This document shows positions 11,308-24,970 of a DNA stretch of 64,000 nt, piece by piece. Numbering within the stretch: the first letter of the stretch is position 1; each line of letters opens with the position of its first letter. Below the pieces are notes generated by a model. The model saw only the letters and a program-made list of their open reading frames with translations, did no database searches and was not told the origin of the DNA. A program made the position numbers and the translations under genes. The stretch is from the human T2T-CHM13v2.0 reference genome, Homo sapiens, in NCBI RefSeq assembly GCF_009914755.1, contig NC_060929.1; one strand, 5' to 3'.

Positions 11308-13592
11308 TTATATGGTTTGGTTGTGTCTCCACCCAAATCTCATCTTGAATTGTAGTTCCTGTAATCCCCATGTGTCCTGGGAGGAACTCCGTGGGAGGTA
11401 AATGAATCATGGGGGAGGTTACCCCATGCTGTTCTTGTGATAGGGAGTGAGTTCTCATGAGATCTGATGGTTTTATAAGGGGTTTCTCCCCCTTGCTTGG
11501 CACTTTTCCTTCCTACCACCCTGTGAAGAACGTGCATTTCTTCCCCTTCACCTTCTGCCATGATTGTAAGTTTCCTGAGGCTTTCCCAGCTGTGTGAAAC
11601 TGTGGGTCAGTTAAATCTCTTTTCTTTATGAATTACCCAGTCTTGGGTATTTTTTCATAGCAGCATGAGAACAGATTAATACAGTAAACTGGTACCACAG
11701 AGAGAGGGGTGCTGTTATAAAAATACCCAAAAATGTGGAAGCAACTTTGAAATTGGGTAACAGGCTGAGGTTGAAACAGTTTGAAGGGCTCAGAAGATAT
11801 GTGGGAAAGTTTGGAAGTTCCTAGAGACTTGTTGAATGATTTTGACAAAAATGCTGATAGTGATATGGATGGTGAAGCCCAGGCTGAGATGCTCTTAGAT
11901 GGAGATGAGGAACTCATGGGAACTGGAGCAAAGGTCACTCTTGCTATGCTTTAGCAAAGAGACTGGTGGCATTTTGCCCCTGCCCTAGAGATCTGTGGAA
12001 CTTTGAACTTGAGAGAGATGATTTAGGTTATCTGTCAGAAGAAATTTCTAAGCAGCAAAGAGTTCAAGAGGTGGCAAGGCATAGAAATTTGGAAAATTTG
12101 CAGCCTGACCATGTGATAAAAAAGGAAATCCTATTTTCTGGGGAGAAATTCAAGTTGGCTGCAGAAATTTGCATAAGTAATGAGGAGCCAAACGCTAATT
12201 GCCAAGACATGGGAGAAAATGTCTCCAGGACATGTCAGAGACCTTAGTGGCAAACCCTCCCATCACGGCCAGGAGGCCTAGGAGGGAAGAATGGTTTCGT
12301 GGGCTGGGCCCAGGGCCCCACTGCTCTGTGCAGCCTAGGGACTTGGGGCCCTGTGTCCTAGCCACTCCAATCATGGCTAAAATGGGCCAAGGTACAGCAT
12401 GGACTGTGGCTTCAGAGAATGCAAGCTCCAAGCCTTGGAACATGGTGTTGAGCCTGAGGGTGCACAGAAGTCAAAAATTGAGGTTTGGGAACCTTCTCCG
12501 CTTAGACTTCAGAGATTATATGGAAATGCCTAGATCTTCAGGCAGAAGTTTGCTGCAGGTGCTGGATCCTCATGGAGAACCTCTACTAGGGGAGTGCAGA
12601 AGGGAAATGTGTGGTGGCAGCCCCCACACAGAATCCCCACTGAGGTAGTGCCTAGTGGATCTGAGTGAAGAGGGCCACCGTCCTCCAGACTCCAGAATGG
12701 TAGATCCATTGACAGGCTGCACTGTGTGCCTGGTAAAGTGGCAGATACACTATGCCAGACCATGAAAGCAGTCAGGAGGGGGCCGTACCCTGCAAAGCCA
12801 CGGGTGGAACTGCCCAAAGCTGTGGGAGCCCACCTCTTGCATCAGCATGACCTGGATATAAGACATGGAGTCAAAGGAAATAATTTTGGAGCTTTAAGAT
12901 TTGACTGCCCTGCTGAATTTCAGACTTAGTCTTGCATGGGGTCTGCAACCCCTTTGTTTTGGCCAATTTTTTCCATTTGGAACAGGTGTATTTACCCAAT
13001 GCCTGTACCCTCACTGTACCTTGGAAGTAACGAACTTGCTTTGGATTTTACAGGCTCATAGGAGGAAGGGACTTGCCTTGTTTCAAATAAGACTTTGTAC
13101 TTGGACTTTTGAGTTAATGGTAGAACAAAATAAGACTTTCGGGGATGGTTGGAAAGGCATGATTGTGTATTGAAATATGAGAACATGAGATTTGGGAGGG
13201 GCCAGGGGTGGAATGATATGGTTTGGCTATGTCCCCACCCAAGTCTCATCTTGTAATTTCTAGTTCCCATAATCCTCATGTGTCATGAGAGGGACCCAGT
13301 GGGAGGTAACTGAATCATGGGGGCGGTTACCCCATGCTGTTCTCACGACAATGAGTAAGTTCTCACGAGATCTGACAGTTTTATAAGGGTCTTCTCCCCC
13401 TTTGCTGAGGACTTCTCCTTCCTGTCGCCCTGGAAAGAAGGTGCCTTTCTTCCCCTTCACCTTCTACCATGATTGTAAGTTTCCTGAGGGCTTCCCAGCC
13501 ATGCAGAACTGTGAGTCAATTAAACCTCTTTTCTTTATAAATCACTCATTCTTGGGTATTTCTTCATAGCAGCGTGAGAATGGAGTAATACA
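11308..13592 (+). mobile_element. Full-length THE1 (MaLR) element: LTR 11308-11683, internal 11684-13213, LTR 13214-13592
   Basis: Two similar LTRs of about 375 bp (T(G/T)ATATGGTTTGG...TAATACA) around THE1 internal sequence; TSD ATCTG/ATATG. Confidence 0.95.
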
Positions 13593-13889
13593 ATATGTAT
13601 ACTATGGAAACACACTAGAAAATACTAAACATGCTAACATTTCCCTGTACTTGCACGTCAACAGGGCAGAAAGCATGTTAGAAGAATGATCAGAAGGGCA
13701 TCAATTTCAGAAGCAGCAGGAAGTGACACAACTGAGTTTGAATCCTGATTTCATCTGTTATCAACTAGGATACCTTGTGTAAAATAGCTAATCTCTCTGG
13801 GCATTGGTCTCCTTATAGTTCCTTTGAGGATTGCAGAAAGCTATCCAGTGCAGTTTTAATACAGACTCTCCAAAAATGACAGCTCTTAT

Positions 13890-14277
13890 GAGCCTTTAGG
13901 GAGCCGAGATTGGATGTATAAGGTGAGCCAGATTGTAATCTCTGGGACTTTTCCATCTGTGTGCATCTGACTACTCCTTCATCTCACTGAATATTTTTGG
14001 TTCCATATGTCATGCCTTCACTTTGATAACAGTACCAAAGGGACTAGAATAAAGAGCAAATACATTTTGAAATGTCAGACCAAGAGCATTGTTTGGATAT
14101 GGTTTCCAAATTTCTTTCAAAGAATTAAATTTTCTTTCTTAACTATGCTTGCTGATCAATGCACCTTCTTCATTGGTTGGGAACGCCTTTGACCTTATAA
14201 AACTCCATCTTCATCAAAAGCCCAAACTTAATTGCCTTGTCCTCAATTGCTGGATTTGCCTTTTGTTTTTGTGGTTT
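13890..14277 (-). pseudogene. Pseudo-exon (donor apparently mutated, CTC|ataaga)
   Basis: Acceptor attatcttttcag, phase 0. Reads KPQKQKANPAIEDKAIKFGLL..., then after a frameshift FNSLKEIWKPYPNNALGLTFQNVFALYSSPFGTVIKVKA. Confidence 0.6.
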
Positions 14278-15019
14278 CTGAAAAGATAATATTTTAGCTA
14301 TTAAGACCTTACTTAAAGTGAATTTAAAGTGAAAAAAATCTAGCTGTTGCCCCTGCAACTTATCAGGGAATTATTCATTTGTCATTAAATAAAGACAGTT
14401 TTGCTTAACACTTTGAAAAATGTGAGGTTTTTTTTCCAAGTGCTTTTTCATGGCTCTTCACCTCATCAAATCATTGTTTGACAGAGCTAGAAGGAATGTC
14501 ATGGTTTTTCGAACTTGCTGTACATCCCACCTCTTGTGGGACCTTAAAAAATATAGAATCTTGAAACTTACCCCTAAATATCTAGCACTAAGACTTAGGG
14601 AATTCTTTTACATTACCTATGTGCAGGTATCCTATAAACTTGTATAGTCCAAATCCCACATTTCACAGTTGAGAATATTAAGGAGCAGAGGAGTTAAGGC
14701 AACTGTCAAAGTCACAGAGCTGGATAATGGCAGAAAAGCCTTCTAACTATCAGGGCTGTTCTGAATGCACCACTTGAATACTGTTCCTAGGAACACCTTG
14801 TTTGATGCTATCTGTATAGGATTTTTAAAATTATTTATTTAACATATGACTGAAGATTTAGACTATGTAATGCATATCCTCATGGAAAAGATACTACAAT
14901 ATCAAAAGGGCAAAATACCTAGGTGATAGTGGAAGATGCCTCCAAAAGAATACAAGTCTGGAGAGGATGGCATGACAGGAAGTCTCAGTTTTTCTTTTCT
15001 AGCAGTTCCTTAAACGTAC

Positions 15020-15545
15020 CTTCTTTAGCTGACTGACATATTGTGCCTTAGGCAATGTATAGCCAATCAAGATATCTTTGCTTATTTAGCAACCACATCT
15101 GACTCCTGCATTGATGATCCAAATACCATAGAACTAGTTCTGTAATTGACCACCAATGACGTGACTGATTTTGCTAGGAAGAGGAACCAGGGATGCTGTC
15201 TCTTGGCTCTTTGAGAAGTCAGATCATTCCAGGTGGTAGAATCTGGGCACTTTCCCCACTTCTTCTTCCATTTCTGCCTTCTCTTCTTCTCTTGAGACTG
15301 GATCTAGGAGAAGTAGCTGGGATAGATGTAAGTGCCAGAAATTGTTCGATAGCCATGGAATGCCTGGAGTTAGAGCTGATGGAAATCCTTGATCCCATCC
15401 TCAGACTCTTTATGCACTCTGAGTTGGCAACTGTAAACTCCTGTACTTTGTTCTTCTCCTCTTTTTCTCAGGTGTCCTTTACCATGATGATGGCAGAAAC
15501 TAATTCCTTCATTATGTCTTCAAAGTTTGAATGGTTTGAGTTCCC
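15020..15545 (-). pseudogene. Pseudo-exon
   Basis: Acceptor gtttctacag, donor AAG|gtacgt. Reads GNSNHSNFEDIMKELVSAIIMVKDT*EKEEKNKVQEFTVANSECIKSL..., with at least one frameshift before ...DILIGYTLPKAQYVSQLKK. Confidence 0.7.
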
Positions 15546-15869
15546 CTGTAGAAACTCAAAGACAATTTTTATATTAAAAGCTTATTAAATTTGGAGCCTC
15601 CATTTCCTCATTGGCAAAATGTGAGAATTCAGCTATTAGTACAGTGCTTGGATACAAATACAAATAAAAGAAACTTCTAATAACCCTTCAATGTTATTAA
15701 TTATATTAACAATTTTGATGCAGAATTTTTTCTTATGAAAGACTCTAAATCCTTTCACCATATGCAGAAACAGATATGCTCAGCCTGCAGAGTTAGCAGC
15801 TTTTTAATCTACATTCCCAAAGCATCTTGTGTTAAAAGAGCATATTTCCATCACTATACTTTTCACAAT

Positions 15870-16035
15870 GCATTGTAGTTACTTGTTTTGAGGTCCTCCT
15901 GACTTTGAGCTCCTCAAGGGCAAATGCCATACCTTATTCACTTCTGTATCCTTGTCATCTAATGCAGTGCCTGGTACATAGTAGGTGTTCAGGAAATGCT
16001 GAACAACATTTCATTCAGGAAATGTTGAATGAATG
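15870..16035 (+). mobile_element. L2 3' fragment
   Basis: cagtgcctggtacatagtagg...gttgaatgaatgaa. Confidence 0.75.
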
Positions 16036-16287
16036 AAGAGGACCTCTCAGGCTCAAGAAGACACTGAGTAGTCATGGCAACCAACAGAAGGCTCCCAGTT
16101 TAAGAACCATAAGCACTCTGGACTTGGAGTTTTGTTTTTCCAAATTACAAAGGATTGATGATCAGCTTTGTTCTCCTGCCTGCCTTGTGACTCATGCTGC
16201 TGTGGGTTAGATGCCTTGGCAAAGATAAGGCAAAAAGCTATTTTGTCAAACTTGGCAACTTGCTGTAAGTATGGATAATGAGTCCAC

Positions 16288-16318
<31 letters not shown>

Positions 16319-17097
16319 ATAAGGCAGACTGGGCTTTCTCTTGCTTTCATTGGAGTCAGATAGTTGTAAGTTTTTTTCAGGCTTCATTTTACTCCCTTCT
16401 GTTATAAGGGAATAAGGAAATCATTGTAGTGGGAACTTACATTAAGCTGGTCCTCTAAGGCTATGTGGCCACTTCCTACAAAAGGGATTGTTTGCAAGAA
16501 AGCTTTTCAGGATTTAGAGCTTTCTGCATAGACACACTGTATTGGCTCCTTGGTTTAATAGTGATACTAGGAAGGCACAACTGACGTATGCATTTGTTCA
16601 ATAAATATTTATTATGGTTTCAGTAAATTAGGCCAAGATTTTCCCCTACAGTTACTTCTGAAGACAAAGCACCAGGTAAGTGGAAGAGCCTTAGCAGTTC
16701 TCTAGAGATTTAGCAGATATTCAATTCTCTTTTGCCAGTGTAGAATCAGCAAATGTTGCAAAGTAGATTCCTAGAATCCATCAGGGGTCACATCCTAGGG
16801 CTTTGGCAGGCAATAGTGGGCTGCACTAGATGATGTGAGGGGAAAAAAGCAAGCAGTGCCCTCTGCCCTGCTCGTGCTCCACCCCAAATGCATTTATGCA
16901 CGTCTTGCTGACTCAGTATGAGCTCAAACAGAGCCTGCCCATTTTGATTAGCTCTTTTCTCTTAATGATTTCCAAAGGTAACAGGAGAATTGCAAATAAA
17001 GGAACAAATGAGGAAAAGAAGATACACTCTAAGTAGTTTTTAAACAATTCATCTGGAAAGCTTATGCACAGCTGCCTATGAGTCTGAAGGCCATTAC

Positions 17098-17172
17098 CTG
17101 TTCCTGGAAGGATAAGATCTCCACTTCCTGTTCACTGCATTTATCTTCTCTACTTGGCAGGAGAAAACCATT
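17098..17172 (-). pseudogene. Pseudo-exon, 75 nt, phase 0-0
   Basis: Donor CAG|gtaatg, weak acceptor. Reads NGFLLPSREDKCSEQEVEILSFQEQ. Confidence 0.45.
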
Positions 17173-17453
17173 CTGCTTTGCCTTGCAGGAGACCAGGGAC
17201 CAATTTTCATCTCACCTGCTTTCATCTACCACCTAGTAGGGTGCTGGGCATGTAGTGTTCAGTAAATATTTGTATACTTTACTCAGTGGTGCTATTTTCC
17301 CCAGCACTAATCAAAACAAGACAAAGTCATTTGAAACTGAGATATCTGAGGTAGGCTCTATTTAGAAACGGTGGCTTTGAAGATGCTAGGCATCCTTAGT
17401 GTAAGGATGTACCCTACTAGCTATGTCATAGTTATCATTTCACATTACGTGAG

Positions 17454-17860
17454 TATATTAGGTTGTTCTTGCATTGCTATAAAGAAATATGTGAGACTGA
17501 GTAATTTATAAAGAAAAGAAGTTTAATTGGCTCATGGTTCTGCAGGTTTTATAGGAAGCATGGTGCTAACATCTGCCAGGCTTCTGAGGAGGCCCCAGGA
17601 AGCTTACAATCATGGTAGAAGGCGAAAGGGTGACAGGCACATCACATGGTAAAAGCAGGAGCAAGGGTGGGTGGTGGGGAGAGGTGCCACACACTTTTAA
17701 ATAGGCAGATCTCAAGGGAACTCACTGTTACAAAGACTGTGGCAAGCGATGATGGATCTGCCTCCATAATCCAAACACCTCCCACCAGGCCCTACCTCCA
17801 GCATTGGGGATTACAATTCAACATGAGATTTGGGTGAGGACAAGTATCCAAACTCTATCA
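17454..17860 (-). mobile_element. MST-type MaLR solo LTR
   Basis: MST termini; perfect TSD GTGAG. Confidence 0.92.
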
Positions 17861-18014
17861 GTGAGATTGTTTATGACCACAAAATTAAAACACTTGAACA
17901 GTTGCTCTCTGCTGTTTACAATAGCCTGATTGCCATTTGTGATGATTGGTAAATAACAGAGCATCTGATTAGGCTCCTGTCCTGCTGCTACATGACAACA
18001 GAGAAATTACTTAT

Positions 18015-18193
18015 CTTAGTTGGATATTTATCTTTTATATGTACACTGAGAAGAAGGTTGTAGTAGATGATCTCTAATACCAGAATGGCTAAGGTTTTCT
18101 GTGGGTCCCAACGCCACTCTGTTAGCAAGTCGTGCTTAAAGTGCAGTGCTGTTAAAAGTTGGGAGGCCTCATTCTGGCTCAGAAAATGAATGC
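18015..18193 (-). pseudogene. Pseudo-exon, phase 1-0, donor apparently mutated (AAG|ataagt)
   Basis: Acceptor ttcaatctag. Open frame GIHFLSQNEASQLLTALHFKHDLLTEWRWDPQKTLAILVLEIIYYNLLLSVHIKDKYPTK. Confidence 0.6.
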
Positions 18194-18254
18194 CTAGATT
18201 GAATACTGATATATGTTGTCCATGGAAGGTTGAGTTTGCAGATTGAGGGCTATG

Positions 18255-18445
18255 CATATGTCAGCCAACCATGTTTCAGTCCTCACTATCTATGTGGCTG
18301 TGGACAAGTTACTTAATTGGTTTTCTCATTTGTAAATGAGCATAATGTTAGAACCTAACTTGTGGAGTTGTTATGAGAATTAAATATGGTGATACATATA
18401 AAGCACTGTGACTGAAACTTAAAATGTACTCAGTAAGTGTTAGCC
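18255..18445 (+). mobile_element. MIR
   Basis: MIR core and 3' end (ttgttatgagaattaaat). Confidence 0.75.
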
Positions 18446-18696
18446 ATTTTTTTTGTGGTTGTAATTTTATATTTCGATTATATACCTAATATCTCTTTGA
18501 GCTCTGATATTTAATTATGATAAGCCAACACTTGCACTGGATGAAAAGTAGTAGATTGGCCTTATGCTGTGCATTGAAACACTTAATGTTGGATAATCTG
18601 TTAAGGAGTGTCATTAGTGGTTTGCCACTGGGGCTCAGGAGCAAAGGGATTCAAGGGAGTACAAAAATTAGATATAGAGAATTATTTTCTCCTTGG

Positions 18697-19389
18697 TGAC
18701 AAAGGTTCTTTGCTTGGCCACACTTTTGTCAGGCTTTTGAACTTTCCCCCTAGCCCCATCTGTGTACTTGCTTGAAAAATCAAGTTTTAGCAAGAACCCT
18801 GCTTAGTTGGTTTAGTGGTTTAGCAAGAACCCCCCTCCTCCATCCTCAGTGTGTTATCTCTCCTGATATCTGATCAGGTCCTCATCCTCTACTATCCCTC
18901 CGGTGATGACCAGTTACCCTGGCCTGTCTTCAGCAAGAATCCTGTGAGGTCAGTTTAGCCAGAATCTCCCTTACCCTTGAAGTTTCCTCTTCATAGTTTT
19001 CCATCCACTGACCCCTACACTGCTCCTTGGCTATAAATTCCCACTTTCCCCATCCTGTATTTGGAGTTGAGCCCTATCTGTTTCCCCCACTGCAAGACCC
19101 CATTGCAGTTGTCCCTATTTCTACCGTGATGGTCCCGAATAAAGTCTTCCTCCCCGTCTCTACTAAAAATACAAACAATTAGCCAGGCGTGGTGGCGGGC
19201 GCCTGTAGTCCCAGCTACTCATGACCCTGAGGCAGGAGAACTGCGTGAACCCGGGAGGCGGAGCTTGCAGTGAGCCGAGATCGCGCCACTGCACTCCGAG
19301 TGAGACTCCCTCTCAAAAAAAAAAAAAAAAGAAAAAAAAATCTTCCTTACCGTGCTTTAAAAAGTATCATTGATAAGTTTTCCTGAACA
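18697..19389 (+). mobile_element. ERV1-class solo LTR carrying an Alu insertion
   Basis: TG...CA termini, TATA (ctataaa) and AATAAA in LTR order; subfamily not determined. Confidence 0.75.
19152..19340 (+). mobile_element. 5'-truncated AluY-like element
   Basis: CpG-rich right arm with gcggagcttgcagtgagccgagatcgcgcc; TSD AAA(G/A)TCTTCCT. Confidence 0.92.
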
Positions 19390-19509
19390 ATAGGAGGTTG
19401 CCAATAAGTAAATACTATTTCTATATCAAGTAAACTTTCAAGTAACTTCTACATCAGGTGAACTTTCAGGAGTTTCAGGACTTTCAGGTAATGGGTTCAT
19501 TTTCTGCTT

Positions 19510-20250
19510 CTCATGTATTTAATACATAAAATACATAATTAGTGAATACCTCCTATATTTCAGACACCGTTGTAGTCACTGGAGATGCAGTAACAGTTAA
19601 AACAGACAGGATCCCTATCCTCAAAGAGCTTAATTCTAGTGGGAGCGATAGGCAACAAACAAGCAAACAGATGAAAAAAATCAGTCTCAGACAGTAATAA
19701 ATGCTATGATGACAATAAAGCAGTCATGTGATAGAGGACACTTTACACTGGTGGTCAGGGAAGGCTTCTCTGGGGACAAATATTTACATTAAATACTGAC
19801 TTATAAGTAGAAATCAGCTACTTAGGGATATGAGAAAGACGGTTCCAGTCAGAGGGAACAGCATATGCAAAGGTTTTCATCTGAAAGCTTAGTATAATCG
19901 AGGAACAGAAAGAAGCCCAGTGTGGCAGGAGCAGAGTTAGCACAGGGAAGACTGGTGAGGGCTGAGATGGGGGGTTAAGTAGGGGCTGAACAGGCTTGCA
20001 CATTATAAACCCTGGTAAGGAAATTTGATTTTATTCCACAAGTATTGCAAAGACATTTGAATGTTATAAACAGGGAAGTGACACAATCTGATATACATTT
20101 CTAAAATATCACTTTCACTTCTTTGTGGGAAATAGATTTTAGTATGCAAGAGTGACATCAGATTAACTAGTTACCACTAATCCAGGCTTGGAAGGTAAAA
20201 GAATGGATGGATTTGGGGTATATTTTCACCAGTGGAGGTGAAAAGATTTG
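19510..20250 (-). mobile_element. L2 3' region
   Basis: Degenerate antisense L2 3' sequence. Confidence 0.8.
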
Positions 20251-20426
20251 CCTCAGACAGTGTTTAACATCTTACCTAATGTGACATTTGACCCACGTCT
20301 GTAGACTTCTCTAAGGCCCTAAGCCCACTGTTTCCTCATGTACTTAAAGTATTTAACTTGGTGGTCTAAAAGCCTGCATGTGTAAATGCAACTTTTCTAT
20401 TTGTTTGGAAACAAGAAGTTGCTCAC

Positions 20427-20530
20427 CTGCGGCTAGCTCACACACTGAGGAATGGAATCAATAGGTGCTGCCAAAATAAATGTCATTGTTTGGTGTCTTG
20501 GAGATGTCACTGTGACTCTTATTGTTCTTC
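20427..20530 (-). pseudogene. Pseudo-exon
   Basis: Donor CAG|gtgagc. Reads KNNKSHSDISKTPNNDIYFGSTY*FHSSVCELAA; its phase-1 end joins the next exon. Confidence 0.6.
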
Positions 20531-20617
20531 CATATGAAATAAATTATTTAATGTTTACAGCATATAATTAAATGCCTACTAAAATCTTCACTTGTTAGAG
20601 AGGGAACATAAAGGAAC

Positions 20618-20875
20618 CTGAGTTCTTAAAGACCTCCGAACACTTATAGCCATCCCCCTGCTTGGCTGTTCCCACATGTGTGCACTCCTTGCTTCCTATA
20701 TTCCTTCAGCCCAAGAGAGATTAAACTAGTCAACTTGAAACCCGACTTCCCCAAAGGAGACTTTAATCACAATATTCAGTGCTTTTGTCCCTGCTACACT
20801 GACTTTAAGTATGTTATCTGGAATTTCTGCCACCCTGGAGGAAGGATTCAGAGCTCCAGTTCTTTTTCTTCCCAT
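20618..20875 (-). pseudogene. Pseudo-exon, 258 nt, phase 2-2, acceptor apparently mutated (caa)
   Basis: Reads WEEKELEL*ILPPGWQKFQITYLKSV*...GVHTCGNSQAGGWL; phase matches the upstream exon. Confidence 0.5.
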
Positions 20876-21263
20876 TTGAATGTGGGATACAATTCTACTT
20901 TTTTTTTTCCTTTTGTATCTTGTTTTATGCTTTGTTAAAAAATTTAAAAAATATTTTTAATTTAATATTTTAATTGACACACAACAATTGTACCTATTTA
21001 TGGTGTACATGGTGATATTTTGATATATATAATGATAGTGGTCACATCAGGGTAATTAGCATACTGTGCTTTTATCTGCCTGTTTTATCTGATTATGTTT
21101 ACATCTATCTGTAGGCATGTTTCTCCATCATTGTGTGATTTTCATTGTGAGCAAAGCTTGGCTGTTCATTTATAAAGTACGGAATGCATAAAATATAGTT
21201 GAAGAATCAACTAATCAGTATATGTATTACTCAGACATTTAAATTTATGTTTTAATCTCTAAC

Positions 21264-21938
<675 letters not shown>

Positions 21939-22217
21939 TGTTCCTAGTTTTTTATGTCACTATATCCACATTGACAGTTCCAGGAGGCAGCACCCCATGC
22001 CTCAGATGGCAGGAATTATGAGAACTAAACTGGTATTTTTGGCTTCTGTAGTGTTAGGCAGCACTTTGCATCTCAGTCTTTTTTTCTGGGATGTTAATAT
22101 GTCTTTTAGATGTTTGGTGAAAGTCTGTTGGGAGTAACTTTTTTAGTTTAACGTTGTCTCTATTTTATATTCTTTCTCTAACAGTTGCATAGGAATATAA
22201 TTGACATAATAAGCTGC

Positions 22218-22378
22218 ATATATAATTTAATACATTAATATATTAATATATATAAATATACATAATTTAATACATTAATATATTAGTATATATAAATATA
22301 ATTTAATACATTAATATATTAATATATATAAATATAATTTAATACATTAATATATACAAAATATATAATTTAATACAT
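22218..22378. repeat. AT-rich minisatellite, unit about 36-40 bp (ATAATTTAATACATTAATATAT...)
   Basis: About four copies plus a partial copy. Confidence 0.9.
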
Positions 22379-22841
22379 TTTGAGGTTTGTGTGTGTATAT
22401 ATATATATGTACATATTGATTACCCTTAAAAGATTCCTTGTGCTCATTTGTATTTCTTCGTTGCTGTCCCTTGTGGCTCCCCAAAGCAACCATACAGATT
22501 AGCTTGCATTTTTTAGAACTGCATGAAAGTGTCATCACACACTATCTATTGTTTTATGTATGAATTCTCTCACTCAGCGTAATTATTTCAGATTCATCCA
22601 TGTTGTGTGTATTAATAGTTCTTTCTTATTACTCAAAGGTATTGACTCAAATAAATATACCACAATTTGTTTGTCCATTTATAAGATTATGAACATTTGG
22701 GTTGTTTCCAGTTTTTGGCTATAAGAAATAAAATTCTTATGAAGGTTTGCTTTGTGAGCACATATGATTTTATTTTGTTGGCCCAGGAGTAGAATGTCTC
22801 AGTCATATGGTGGCAATATGCTTAACTTTTTAAGAAACTAC

Positions 22842-23688
22842 CGAAGCAGGATATTTCCTTGACCCCTTTGCTGGTAGGAACTGGAATGCAGGGGCACTGG
22901 AACTAATCAGCTGCTTTGGGGCCAGCAGGAACGAATTCCACTCACTCAAACCCATTGTTCTTCACCCCTCGTGGGAGGGGGAGCACACAGGTGAGTGAGT
23001 ATAGGAGCTGGGGTGAGCGCTTTTGGACACTGGCAGGAGAAAACTCCATGTGGACCCCATGACAGCATCTGGGTGAGGGGGATGCCCACTCCTCCTGAAG
23101 CCCCAGAAGGAGTGTTACAGTGCCCTTTTAGCTTTGCCATCTCTGGACAGCTTAAGTGTTAGTAGCTCAGTGGAGGCTCACTGTGACAGCCTTTTGCACC
23201 TGCGTCTAAGTTCTTGTCTGCCATCCAGAAGGAATGAGGTTGCACAAACGAACTGAAGATGGTAAATGCTGGGGATTTTTTTTTTGCCAATGAAAGTGGC
23301 TCTCAGTGGAAGGGGGAGCCAAACAGGGGATGGAGTGGGAAAGTAATCTGCTGAAGTGTCGCCGTCCCCAGCCAGACTCCTCTCTGAAGCTACGCCATCA
23401 AGCTGTCCGTCTGAAGTCAAGCTGCTTCTCTCCAATGTCCAACCATAGTTTCTAACATCCAGCTGCTTCTACTCTCTCTGCTGACTGAGCCTAGGGCTTT
23501 TATGGGTACATGATGAGGGTGGGGTGGGCCATGAGTGGTTTTAGAAAAGACAACATTTGAACAGGAAAACAGGGATATAAGTTCTCACTTTGGACCATGG
23601 TATCAGGCTTTTTGGCTTAGGGGTGGGGTCCTTGCTGGAGACCAACGCCCACTTCTGCCCAGAATTTCCCAGACTCCTTTCCCTATCA
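22842..23688 (-). mobile_element. ERV1 (MER4-group; LTR27/LTR28/MER48-like) solo LTR
   Basis: Begins TGATAGGG on the minus strand; 4-bp TSD CTAC. Confidence 0.85.
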
Positions 23689-23957
23689 CTACCAAATTAT
23701 TTTCAAAAACATTTATACTATTTTACCACCAATAACAAATGAAAGTTCTAGTTGCTCCATATCCTCCTCAACACTTAGTAATATAAAAAATTGGTATAGT
23801 CAGGCTGTCACAGCTCCGGAAACACTTACTTACAGTTCATGAGCCAGTAGAAAAGATAGATTTCCTTTCTAATACCACATATAAAATATTACAATTCTAC
23901 TATTGTGCCAGTCACTGTCCCATGATGTTTTTGGTAAAGACAGGAGAGAGACTTTAC

Positions 23958-24116
23958 CTGAATGTTCCATTATGACCACAGAAAATGGGGAAGGAAAGTT
24001 CCCCATAAGAATGGAAAAGTTGTTACCAGAGGAATGGAGAGAAATTCCAGATAAACCAAACACTAGATGTTTTACTATTCTTTCAAGTTTAAGGAGTGTG
24101 AAAACTGAAGGAAACC
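23958..24116 (-). pseudogene. Pseudo-exon, 159 nt, phase 1-1, stop-free
   Basis: Acceptor ttctcactag, donor CAG|gtaaag. Reads FPSVFTLLKLERIVKHLVFGLSGISLHSSGNNFSILMGNFPSPFSVVIMEHS. Confidence 0.6.
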
Positions 24117-24605
24117 CTAGTGAGAATATCCAGTAAAGTTTATAAATAATACATAAAGTAGACATAAAGTATTATTTATGTATAAATAATACATAAATTT
24201 GGCATTTTATGTTCACAAGGAACACAGCAAGAAGGGGAAGGGTAGTTCACAATAAAAAGCCTACAGTGTATAGTGCCACCTAATATGAATCCTGTGTGCT
24301 GACCAGGAAGTGTTCAGTGGGAGGTAAGAAATGAGTCTTAAAATAATTCTCTGAGCCAAGGAAAAAAACAATACAATGGCTTTTAGTATTCCCTGAAAAC
24401 TAAAGAGTGCCTGCTGGGAGTCCAAACTTCATTACTTAATTGATCCCTATTAGTAATAATTAAAAGGTTCTGTCAGTGAATCATGTATGTAACATGGAAA
24501 ACAAAAAGTTTAAGAATGATTTAATTACATCCAAATTAAAGCAGTCCCAGTCTTGGCCTTCAGAAATCTTCTGTGTCATATCTGTATAATTACAACATTT
24601 CTTTC

Positions 24606-24894
24606 ATTTTTTTTTTTTTAAGAGTCTCACTCTGTTGCCAGGCTGGAGTGCTGTGGCATGATCTTGGCTCACTGTAAACTCTAACTCCCTAGTTCAAGCG
24701 ATTCTCCTGCCTCAACCTCCCAAGTAGCTGGGATTACAGGCATGTGCCACTATGCCCAGATAATTTTTGTATTTTTAGTAGACACAGGGTTTCACCATGT
24801 TAGCCAGGATGGTCTTGATCTCCTGACTTCGTGATCCACCCGCTTCAGACTCCCAAAGTGCTGGGATTACAGGCGTGAGCCACTGCACCTGGCC
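24606..24894 (-). mobile_element. AluS
   Basis: Full antisense Alu with a degenerate TSD (acat...tttcattt). Confidence 0.95.
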
Positions 24895-24970
24895 ACATCT
24901 TTTCATTTAAGTCTAGTGCTTCTTTAAGAATATGCTCAGCTAGTGGGGCTATATTGGTTATATAGTTTAC

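Larger units (their letters stand above)
22180..23800 (-). mobile_element. Old L1M 3' region with nested LTR and AT-rich tandem repeat
   Basis: L1M 3' UTR motifs; the L1 sequence resumes after the LTR. Confidence 0.8.

Noticed and set aside
11633-13460. Many overlapping ORFs
   Set aside because: All lie within the THE1 element.
15480-20460. Short motifs (GIHFLSQNEASQL, FEDIMKELVSAII) recalling CPED1 or a TIR-domain end
   Set aside because: Compared from memory only, short, and not colinear with those proteins.
22218-22378. Regularly spaced repeats as a CRISPR-like array
   Set aside because: AT-only minisatellite without unique spacers, in primate L1 context.
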